This document shows, piece by piece, positions 27,201-37,573 of a DNA stretch of 64,000 nt. Origin of the DNA: Balanoglossus misakiensis (lineage: Eukaryota > Animalia > Hemichordata); the NCBI GenBank assembly GCA_040954595.2, contig CM082579.2, positions 10,467,625 through 10,531,624 on the forward strand. The letters run 5' to 3'. The first letter of the stretch is position 1; every line of letters begins with the position of its first letter. The notes beneath the pieces were generated by a model, which was not told where the DNA came from, searched no databases, and saw only the letters and a program-made list of their open reading frames with translations. Position numbers and translations under genes: made by a program.

Positions 27201-30200
27201 TTTGTTCTTTTATATCTTTCATAAATTAAAGTCTGTTGCTGAAGCCAGTGCCACGCTGCGCTACACTGAATTTGGACAGAGCTCGGTAATTGTTCTTTTC
27301 ATTGTCAAATTTTATTCCAGTTTTTGCATCCGCTCGAGCCTCATCATCACATCATTTTGCTTTCAAACGATACGCTTATGTCGATGTCTTTGCTACAGTG
27401 TCGGATGACGGACTCTTTTCAAACTATGGAAACAGCCACAGTTAAAATTGCTACCCCATCATCTCATGTCAATTTAATAGCAGTTTATCGACCCCCTCCG
27501 AGTAAATCGAATGGACCTACTATGAACAGTTTCATCAACGATTTCACTAACCGCTTGACTTGCCATCTTGTGCATGGAGTGTTCACCGCTGGTTATAGTT
27601 AGAGATTTTCACATACCTGTCGATGATCCTAGCTGCTGCCTGAATGCCATTAGATGTCATTTTCTGACATTTTAGACACCTTTTCTATGAATCAACTTGT
27701 TACTGGTCCTACTCATCGGTCTGGTCATAGTATTGATCATGTCATCACACGCAGTACGGATAATGTCATCTCTGATGACCAAGTAGAGCAAATCTACTCT
27801 ATTTCCGACCATTACCCACTGTTTTTCTCGATGAATACTGCTGTCACTCGCTTGACAACTTTTCGACGTATTAACACCAGAAGTTTGAAATCTTTCTCTG
27901 CTGAAATCTTTCATCTGCCTTTTCCCAATGCAATCAGATGGTTGAAACCGTCGACATAACAGCCAAGCTGAGTCTAATTAACGCCATCATTCGTGATAAT
28001 TTGACCATCATGTCCCTCAGCGAACACGAGTTGTCCCAAATCGCCAAACTGTATCTCAGTCAGTTCGAAAATCTTGGTGACATTTGTTCATAATATAATT
28101 TATGGGTCTGTGTGTTTACACATGCATCACGTTGCTATGCATTAAGAACCTATTTGGAAAACGCTGTAAAGTGTCTGTACACATTAGTGAGAAAAAAAGT
28201 ACCCAGGCTGTTTAAGGGGAAACAAAGCGTTCGCATTAAACACGAATGTTTACTTGACTGAACCTTTACGGTCTTTAAAAGTTGTTTATTTTTAACATAT
28301 GACTGTAAAGTAACAAGGGAGCTCCCTCTCGCCCGCAATCCACCTTCATTCTCTTCGATTGAATGATACACGACCGTGTCAGGCAATCGAATAGTCCGGG
28401 TGTCAACAAGGATAGGGTCAGCAAAATTCATTGTATACAGCAAATAAACTATTTTGTGATGATGAACACACTCCAATGTTCCATATTACCAAACTGTTAT
28501 TAGTCCCGACCCGCTGGTATAGTGCATGGTTTATCTGGGTGTCATACCACCAAAGAGGCCATGTGGTCTAGAAGAGTATTTAGTTTACTTTCTTGACAAG
28601 CCACATCTGCTGAAACTGGCACCGAGAATGATGCATTTCACAATGAGCGGTGTCAACATCGACGCTCGAACTGTGAATATCGGGCAATGACTAGCAGGGA
28701 GATAAAAAAGAGGCGCGGGTCAGCCAGAAAGACTTACAACAGTGATCGAGGGAATTGACATTTGTCTCGAGTAAATTCCATCACATTTCTGAACGTTTAT
28801 TTGACCGAATTAGGGTTCCCGCATACATCTGCGTCGGTTACCGATTTGGCCGACTCAGAAATCGCCCACGGGAACTTTGATAAACGATTAGCACTCAGAA
28901 TTATCGATGGCCCAAATATCCTCAAATCACCCAAAATATTTACTGTAATTTTGTAACTCCCGGTTGTTGGTTTTATGTAGGGAGGTATCATGTTACAGAT
29001 TCTGTTACTTGCCGTTTACATTGTCTAGACCTAGCCTTGCTGTAGAAAGTTCACTGTCAGCCCTATCATCATAAACATACGGGAACGGACACTTGTCAGT
29101 AATTATAGATAAAACGTACAAAGGTGAATCCAACCATCCACAATTAAAAGAAACGACGTTCAACTTTGACGATCGCATCCTTAACAGATACAACTTACAA
29201 ATTCACATGTTGGATATTCTTCTGCTGTGTTTTGTTTGCTTTGTAGATTTACAATGAAGAGCTTGCCCGACGAATACAGAATGTCACGACGGCAGAAGAT
29301 TTCCTTCGAGTGTTTTATCCAGATAGGAACCCGCGCGACGTGTGGCAAGAGTTAGTGCTGAACAGTACATTAGATAAAAATAAAAGACTGAGACGGGGGC
29401 GAGGATCTATCCTGAACGGTAAATGCCCAAAAAATATTAAGATAGGGATACACTGACTATGTAGGTTAGCGCTATCATTAACCATAATCTGCCAATGAGA
29501 GAAGAGAATTTGACATTTACCTTCACATGTCCTAATACATTCAAATATCCAAATGGTTCTACATTTCAAGGTCGCTGTCAAATACCGTACCGCAGGCTTC
29601 TTCGACTTCAGCAACTATAAAAAATCATAAGCTGCATATACCGGTAGTTACAGTCTCTTTTGCCTATATCAACCGTTTATCTTTACATTAATATTCTCGT
29701 CTTAATTTCTATTTCTGTTTCTGTTGCAACCTTGACCCTGTATACCGTTCCTTATACCTCCTCTCTGCCCCCCTTCCCCTCGCCGCTATCATTCCTCCCT
29801 CTGCCCCCCCCCTCCCCCGTCTCTTTCATTACTACATGTATTAACAGCGTGGGAGATGATTACGACTGAAACAGAGGAAGCGACTTGTCAGCCGCGAGAC
29901 ACAATCGTAGACGTCTATGAAGAGTTCGGCATTCCCAGGGGTTTTTCCAATAATTATATATTTCCCGAATGTGTTCTTGTCAAGAGGTGTAAACGCAATG
30001 GCTGCTGTGGAATCACAGAAGAGTGTATGGCAGAACCAGATGGAAAGAAAAATATTCAAATGATGGTAAGAGGATTATCCAATTGAAACTTCTCGCACTC
30101 AGATCAATGCCGACCACGCACTGCAGACGGTAGACTCTCTCACAGCCCACGGTTCGCTACAAGGCTCTTCACTGATGCGCCCTCAACTGTTTATCAAAGG

Positions 30201-31802
30201 AGTAGCCCCATATGGTGTTGTGTAGCGAACCTTAGGGCCCCTCTCGCCGGGCACACATGCAATCAGTCCACAAGCCTGCATGGACGACGACAGGGCCTGT
30301 GAGAGAGTTTATGCAGACGGTTGCGGAGATATATACGTTTATATTTCCAATATATATTATAAACTACTTTTCCAATTTGCCTCAGAGATAACGGTAATGG
30401 GCAGTGTAATGTGTGTGTTTACACAGAGACGTACTGTTGGACCGATGTTTACTTTATCAACTTAATCCGAGGATGGGGTACACAGATTAAGTAATTAGCA
30501 GGTGCTTAGCGGGAAATTCGATAGTTTGTATTCTGGATTAACAACTGATCAGCTGATAGGACAGGACGTGGGGGTAAACACACACAAAAATTGTAGATTG
30601 AATCATACTGTCTATGATCGATACAACACGGCAAAGCTAACATTGCAAAATAGCCAGTGTCTAATCGTACATTACCAGTTTACCAGAGATTGGTGAACTT
30701 TTTAACTTAACCTGAAGCGATTAGAGATCGGTGACTGGGAACAGTCACGTCACTGAGAGGGTTGCGCGTTCTCACACTGCGATCGCGCCTATAACTCATG
30801 TGACTGTGCAGGTGGCTGGTAAATAATAACAGGCTACTTACTTATTCTCACTGGTTACTGAACTCTTCCTTTCAACCTCTCTTAACGTTTTGCTCCCTCA
30901 CAAAAACAGCCGTCTACCTTGAAATTTGCCGCCAAATTCCGAGCTTTACTGCACAACTCATCTACTGTTACTTGTACTATGCCAGGATTCGCGGCAAGCT
31001 GATAAAAAGAACGACTGCATTCAGTATTGGCCAACTAAAATGTTATTTTGTATGTGTATGTGAAATGGCTGGAGAACGTTTGAAAACGCAGCAGTCCATG
31101 ACGATATGTTGCCTTTGTTTTACAAATCGGAGGAAACCTTTTCTTTCTCTTTGGCGGATTTTCATATCAAATAACTCAAAATAATCTGCTTGGAAACTTA
31201 AAGTATTATTTGTTGTTTATTTCCAGTTCATAACACCGGAACCTGAACTCAGGAGAGTTTCATCAGACACAAACTGCTCTTGTCAACCGAAGACAGAAGC
31301 GTGTCGTGAACCCAAAGTGCCGTGCCACGCGGGTAAAGTTTGGAATCCTGCAACATGTAGCTGCCAGTGCAAACGATGTCCCTCTCCGTTTCGACTGGAC
31401 GAGAAGAAGTGCGACTGCACTTGTCTCATGTCCGACAGGCGCTGCTTAGGCGCAAGAAAGGGCAAGAAACGATTGAGAGACGACGAATGCAGGTAATAAT
31501 CGCCCTCAATAGACGTAATTGAGTAATCTTTTGTTTATGTAACTTTGTGTTCACTGAAAGAATGCACCCCCCCCCCCCCCGAATCTGTTTAATGGTGTGT
31601 AGTACTGGCACTTATGAAGCATTTATATACTGCACCAAATTTGATTAGACTTTCATGCATATTACAGATAGCCACCTGGCAAAAAAAAAGAATAACAGGA
31701 CTTCATATTTTCATTATTAACAGGTGTGTCAAAGAGGAGAATTGTGGGATTCCCGACTGTAAAAGTGGCGATTTTAGTGTGAGCATGTGTCGTTGCATTT
31801 GA
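24232..31802 (+). CDS. PDGF/VEGF family growth factor (VEGF-C/D-like architecture), 5 exons, about 286 aa
   Basis: Exons 24232-24357 (hydrophobic YYIVAALMLWWISS signal-like segment), 29247-29418 (propeptide ending in basic KRLRRGR), 29848-30065 (CQPRDTIVDV...FPECVLVKRCKRNGCC...EC), 31227-31492 (CSC plus CXCXC repeats WNPATCSCQC and LDEKKCDCTC), 31724-31802. All GT-AG, frame open. Exon 1 is the least certain. Confidence 0.88.
27390..28060 (+). mobile_element. Degenerate LINE (CR1/L2-like) AP-endonuclease fragment in VEGF intron 1
   Basis: Broken frames encode VYRPPPSK, QLVTGPTHRSGHSIDHVITR and SDHYPLFF, typical APE motifs. Confidence 0.8.
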
Positions 31803-32211
31803 GAGCAAAGTTCGACACCATGCAGCATCAGGCAGACATCTTTTGACAAGAAACTAGCTGTCACTATATTGGATGTGGTCATTTAACATCAGAGGAGCAA
31901 GGAAATAAGAGATGGCTTTGGAACTTGGAACACACATACAAACTGTGCATCACTCAGCCATAGCAGGCCGGCGAACGTTTTGTTTATACTGCTTACCAAG
32001 TCAACCATGTCTGATGTGACCAGCTGGGTGGGGCACGTCATAAAATATTACGCCTATTGCCTGAATACATGGCGAATTGACCCTCAAAGACAGGAGACTA
32101 CAAACCCATGTAGAGTCAGGCAATAATATACACATATTGACTGGCCATGAACTGATATGTAATCTGATATGGGTATATTGTTGTTGTAATTGTTGTTGCT
32201 ATTGTCAATGT

Positions 32212-32575
32212 TATAGAAATAATGGACGACGCCCTGACCATTAATGTTTGTTTATGGGCGAGGGCGAGGGGAAAGCCAAAAATTTTGGCTTTCCTCGAGC
32301 CCTAGCCCATAAAAAACGTTAATGGTGATTGGTCAGGGCGAAGTCAGTTATTTCCATTTTATTACCAACGAACTCAAGAAAACCGTCAGAATTTACGAAA
32401 ATGTCCCATGCAAAAGACTAGGGGCCCCGGAACTCGTGTTACGCAAAATGTTGTATTCACTGAACTGTTTGTTAATATTACTATTCAGATTTACAAACAT
32501 TACTGAGTATTTGTGGTCAGTGACGTCGTTCATCTCGACCAATTAAAATGCGACGCACAGGCCATGGTAATATAA
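32212..32575. mobile_element. Non-autonomous element with a long subterminal hairpin (Crypton-like architecture)
   Basis: Imperfect palindrome at about 32225-32346 (cgccctgacca...tttatgggc...ggaaagccaaaa/ttttggctttcc...gcccataaa...tggtcagggcg); distal tggtaatataa is nearly complementary to internal ttattacca. Family assignment is inference. Confidence 0.45.
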
Positions 32576-32960
32576 TGTTGGATAATAAAATTGATTCCAT
32601 TACCTTGTTGGCATTGTAAATAATATGAGAAGAAAAACATAATTAATATGGCACAACGAAAATGCTGGATTACAGTTGGGGTTCAATGTCATTACTATAA
32701 GTAGATCACCAAGTGTGCTGATGACTATGGTCACTGGTTCTAACATAACACATATACAAGACAGACAAGAAATGGTTGTTTGTCTAACAGAGTGTATTTA
32801 CTTGGTATTGTCTTAGCACTTATTTCATTTCAATGTCTGCTCAACAATTTTGTTTACAGTTTCACATTTGTAGAAATATATTAAATAAAATATTTATTTA
32901 TTACATTATTTAAATTTTCTCAGAGTGTTGAAATACATACACCTTAGCCATAAATACTAT

Positions 32961-33590
32961 GAGGTTATTACGAAAATACCACAAAGTATGCACGAGGACA
33001 TTAGCGCTGAGTATCGCCCGTCGCGTAGCGGAGGGCGATGCGCTGCGCTAATGTCCGAGTGCATACTTTGCGGTATTTTCGTAATAACCTTATTATTATA
33101 CATCTTACATCTCCGTTAGTTCTTGTGTTGCATGTTACTTGGCTTTCAAAACGCCCAAAATGCCGATACAATCGATCGAAAACCGCTCAGTTGACTCAGT
33201 GAGCAGCCATCTTTCTTTTTTGTTTACGTGTGCGCACGTGCGTTGGAATGCGGGCGCCTTGAAACCGTCCGAACAGCGCATACCTGTACACGGTGAGTTT
33301 GGGGCGCCTTGAAACTAAGGCTTATTTAAAGGTATACGGTCACCTATACAAATTTAGCCACAGTTACCATGGTAAATCGAGATCTAACCAATCACAGATT
33401 TTCAGTGGGTGGCACACGCGAAAATAAAGCGTTCTTTAGAACACTCAAATACGCCATTTCAACTATATATGGCGATATGTAAATTGGAGGTGACCGTATA
33501 CCTTTAACGCGCGTTCCGTACGTACCGTTCCGTACGGCTTTTTATTGCACGCCAAAATCTATTGTTCTCGGCACTAGATGTATAATAATT
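32961..33590. mobile_element. Non-autonomous element with a hairpin of about 130 bp at one end (Crypton-like), containing a nested TTAA MITE
   Basis: aggttattacgaaaatacc.caaagtatgcac ... gtgcatactttg.ggtattttcgtaataacct palindrome at 32962-33090; terminal agatgtataataa complements internal ttattatacatct. The insertion is absent from the paralogous sequence at 40219-40403. Confidence 0.6.
33330..33503. mobile_element. Kolobok-like TTAA MITE (related sequence at about 2363-2500)
   Basis: TTAA|aggtatacggtcacct ... aggtgaccgtatacct|TTAA. Confidence 0.8.
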
Positions 33591-34752
33591 TTTTTTATCA
33601 AAGTATATATACTTGGAATTTACCCGACAATAAGTCAATCAGAGACTTTGTTTTCCTATGATTGGACAAAGGATATACATATGTGTAATTAAGGATGGGT
33701 AAGAAATTAGCCCTGCCTTCACTATAACCTTGCACCATTGTTCAGTTTATATGTGAGTGACTTCAAGGGGACGCTCATCTGGAAATTTGAATGCCAATGA
33801 TATAATATTTTAAGCCTAATCACTCCGCTCAAGAATATTGCCTATTGTTAAGGATTGGGAAGCTCGCATTGTTGAAGGCATATCCTGAGTGAAGTGCAGG
33901 CCAACAAACCAACGGAAAAAAGGGGGGGGGGGCGGGTGGGCGGGCGGGTGGGGAAATTGCCCCTTACAACTAGTGCCTATCCGTCCAACATTCCCTTTGG
34001 CCCCATTTCTTACCCCCTATCCTTTGTTATATTCCTTGTAGCTTCTGCCCTTCCCTGTGCGAGGAAATGACACAGAGTCTTCTGCCCTGTTCTTCTTTTA
34101 TACCTTTGTCATTCTTATGAATATTAATGAGATAACACCTGGCGGAATATTATCGCTACGTGATTAGGTTTTGAATAATATAATATTTAAAGCCTAATCA
34201 CTCCGCTCAAGAATATTGCCTATTGTTAAGGATTGGGAAGCTCGCATTGTTTCCGGCTATCCCCACCTCAGTGAAGGTCCTACCAGGTATCATAATTTCC
34301 CACACTCACACCTCTCATCTCCCAATCCTAACATACATTCCCCCTTTCCTAAATATCCCCAAACCTCAATGACCTGGTCCCTGTCTAGGGGCGCCCTCTA
34401 TGTCCCCCAGGAATATTGTTCTCTTACGCCAACTCCAATTCCCATGCTGGGATGTTCAACTGGAAAGAAACGATTCACACTATGATACCTCAAAAAATAA
34501 AGCATTTATGACCGTTTTGACTTCTTTTTTTTTTAAGAGGGCACCCCCAGACAGGAACCTGCGAATGGCAGGGAGCCGAAAAGGCAAGGGCTTAAAGAGT
34601 CGCCCCCCTGTCTGAGGATCCGGGAATGTCAACAAAATACCACATTATTCAAAGAATAACACATCAAGTGACTGGAATAACCGTAATGCGATTTACTCTT
34701 TATTGCTTTTAAGACACATGCTTACATCGAGTGACGTTTGAGTTACAACAAT

Positions 34753-37300
34753 TTATTTCTTTTGCTTACAATCTCTAGCAAAATGGCCTTCGGCACCACA
34801 GACGAAACACTTGGAATTTTTGGGCTTCGGTGACCTAGATTAACTATATCTACCATAAGGGGAATACTGACGATCAGGCTCCTTTGTATTACGAGTAAAT
34901 TTTTCAACTTTAGCTGCAATTTCCTCCTCCTCCTTATTGCCCAAAAGTAACAAAATTAATTGGCCAGCATCCTGACCAAACTCATTAGTTTCAAACTGGG
35001 CTAGCACGGCCCTATATCTAGTAAGCTTAGGATGAGCGGTTTTCGTGGCACGGTCAACAAGAACACGAAGAGCATTCAGCAGCTGTGGTCGTATGTTCCA
35101 CTCTCCCGACGTGGCAATCTCCATAACCTTTCGATGCGCGTCTGCTACAGAGTTGTTGTCTGCCATTTGCTGCAACTCATCCAATTTTTTCTGCATCACC
35201 TGCAGTTGTTGCTTCACCTGCAACAGAAAACACATTCTTACCAATTTGCATGGTACTTATTGTTTCCCCCACATTATGTAACACGACCCACTTCGGGCTC
35301 TGTCATTTGTGAAGCAAGTCTAAACCTCCAAGGCGTAGAACTAAGTACACCTATATTTTCCATACCTTTACGCCTTGACTCGCGTAAGGTGTAATTCTCA
35401 CATACTTTAACGCCTTGACTCGCGTAAAGTTTTTTATGAATACCATTACGCCTTGACGCGCGTAAGGTGTAATTCTCACATACTTTAACGCCTTGACGCG
35501 CGTAAAGTTTTTTATGAATACCATTACGCCTTGACGCGCGTAAGGTGTAATTCTCAAATACTTTAACGCCTTGACTCGCGTAAAGTTTTTTTTTTATGAA
35601 TACCATTACGCCTTGACTCGCGTAAGGTGTAATTCTCACATACTTTAACGCCTTGACTCGCGTAAAGTTTTTTTTTTTTTTTATGAATACCATTACGCCT
35701 TGACTCGCGTAAGGTGTAATTCTCACATACTTTAACGCCTTGACTCGTGTAAAGTTTTTTTATGAATACCATTACGCCTTGACTCACATAAGGTGTAATT
35801 CTCACATACTTTAACGCCTTGACTCGCGTAAAGTTTTTTATGAATACCATTACGCCTTGACTCGCGTAAGGTGTAATTCTCACATACTTTAACGCCTTGA
35901 CTCGCGTAAAGTTTTTTTATGAATACCATTACGCCTTGACTCACATAAGGTGTAATTCTCACATACTTTAACGCCTTGACTCGCGTAAAGTTTTTTTATG
36001 AATACCATTACGCCTTGACTCACATAAGGTGTAATTCTCACATACTTTAACGCCTTGACTCGCTTAAAGTTTTTTTATGAATACCATTACGCCTTGACTC
36101 ACATAAGGTGTAATTCTCACATTCTTTAACGCCTTGACTCGCGTAAAGTTTTTTATGAATACCATTACGCCTTGACTCGCGTAAGGTGTAATTCTCACAT
36201 ACTTTAACGCCTTGACTCGCGTAAAGTTTTTTTATGAATACCATTACGCCTTGACTCACATAAGGTGTAATTCTCACATACTTTAACGCCTTGACTCGCG
36301 TAAAGTTTTTTTATGAATACCATTACGCCTTGACTCACATAAGGTGTAATTCTCACATACTTTAACGCCTTGACTCGCGTAAAGTTTTTTTATGAATACC
36401 ATTACGCCTTGACTCGCGTAAGGTGTAATTCTCACATACTTTAACGCCTTGACTCGCGTAAAGTTTTTTTATGAATACCATTACGCCTTGACTCGCGTAA
36501 GGTGTAATTCTCACATACTTTAACGCCTTGACTCGCGTAAAGTTTTTTTATGAATACCATTACGCCTTGACTCGCGTAAGGTGTAATTCTCACATACTTT
36601 AACGCCTTGACGCGCGTAAAGTTTTTTATGAATACCATTACGCCTTGACTCGCGTAAGGTGTAATTCTCACATACTTTAACGCCTTGACGCGCGTAAAGT
36701 TTTTTTTATGAATACCTTTACGCCTTGACGCGCGTAAGGTGTAATTCTCAAATACTTTAACGCCTTGACTCGCGTAAAGTTTCGTATACAAGCCTTAACT
36801 CCATTTACCTTGTCTCCCACACCTGGTCGCCCACAAAGACAAATAAAACGATTAGCATACTAAGTAGGTCTTCAAAGTAAAAGGACTTGTAGGTGGCAAC
36901 CACCAATATCATCTACACGAGACTATGAAGTTTCCAAGCTCATAGAAATGCCACGACGAAGACAACAAGGAATAAAACCGACCTGCACCAAAAGTAACTC
37001 TGGGCTGCAAACAGAACGCACCTGTATGTCATGATGTTGACTATCTTGAGCCTCCGAAGGGGCTTCCAAAGGCTGAATAGCTTGTTCACCACTTGTACTT
37101 GCAGTAGTTGACCCCGTCGAAAGACTGGTAGGTAGGTGACGTTCTGGTCTGGCTGGTCTATCAGGACGATGGGCGTCCACAAAAGCTTGTGCGATATCAG
37201 AATCAGTGGCCGCTCCCCGAGTTGGCTCACGAAGTTCGGCAGCGTCTACAGCTACGTTGGAAGTGGTTTTCTGAGCAGCTACGTCTTGTCTCGAAGCCAT
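34753..37300 (-). pseudogene. Gag-like protein with CCHC zinc knuckle; two exons, one in-frame stop
   Basis: Exon 37022-37300 (MASRQD...HDIQ, donor CAG|GTGCGT) joins in phase 0 to exon 34753-35217 (acceptor tgtgttttctgttgcag|; VKQQLQVMQKKLDELQQ coiled-coil-like). After TAA at 34840-34842 the frame continues SRSPKPKNSKCFVCGAEGHFARDCKQKK* (CX2CX4HX4C). AATAAA on minus at about 34699-34704. Confidence 0.75.
35358..36783. repeat. Minisatellite of about 79 bp, 18 units, two hairpin cores per unit
   Basis: Unit atgaataccattacgccttgactcgcgtaaggtgtaattctcacatactttaacgccttgactcgcgtaaagt(n); 18 copies of ggtgtaattctca counted. Confidence 0.97.
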
Positions 37301-37336
37301 GTTCTATACCGGTGGAGACTGCCCTGACTGTGCGAG

Positions 37337-37375
37337 GAAATGACACAGAGTCTTCTGCCCTGTTCTTCTTTTATA
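37337..37375 (-). promoter_or_regulatory. TATA box and Inr-like motif inside the 5' repeat of the retroelement
   Basis: Minus strand TATAAAAG (37375-37368), TCATTTC about 30 nt downstream, then aacATGG at 37300. Confidence 0.55.
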
Positions 37376-37573
37376 CCTTTGTCATTCTTATGAATATTAA
37401 TGAGATAACACCTGGCGGAATATTATCGCTACGTGATTAGGTTTTGAATATGAATGCCAATGTAAGTGCCGCCTGAGCGCGTCTGACCATGGTCTGACCT
37501 TCTCTTTGTCTGTGGCTAGCTACATCACAACTCCCAGCAAGGGGTATCAGGTTTTCTTGGGCCTCTACTGTCT

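Larger units (their letters stand above)
33800..37450 (-). mobile_element. Non-autonomous element with the split direct repeats of DIRS-order (Ngaro/PAT-type) tyrosine-recombinase retrotransposons
   Basis: 123-bp repeat identical at 37328-37450 and 34055-34177; 74-bp repeat at 34178-34251 and 33800-33873 (1 mismatch). On the minus strand the order is A1-gag-B1-A2-spacer-B2. Flanked by the 12-bp direct repeat tgaatgccaatg. No RT, RNase H or YR ORF. Confidence 0.85.

Noticed and set aside
30430-30585. Possible SINE fragment in VEGF intron 3
   Set aside because: Only vague resemblance to SINE core sequences, no A/B boxes found and no second copy in the window.
34540-34621. tRNA gene
   Set aside because: Cloverleaf-like fold but no T-loop GTTCRA, no D-loop GG consensus and no 7-nt anticodon loop; reported as a structured motif instead.
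35358-36783. CRISPR-like appearance (palindromic repeat plus spacers)
   Set aside because: The spacers are two invariant alternating linkers rather than unique sequences, there are no cas genes, and the context is eukaryotic. It is a minisatellite.
35274-36791. Repetitive ORFs (MRITPYASQGVMVFIKK...)
   Set aside because: Translations of the minisatellite; variable poly-T lengths shift the frame between units.
33800-37450. Conventional LTR retrotransposon or Penelope-like element
   Set aside because: The repeats are split (A..BA..B) rather than two full LTRs with TG..CA ends, and no PBS, GIY-YIG, RT or hammerhead motif was recognised. The TSD and intron keep the classification somewhat open.
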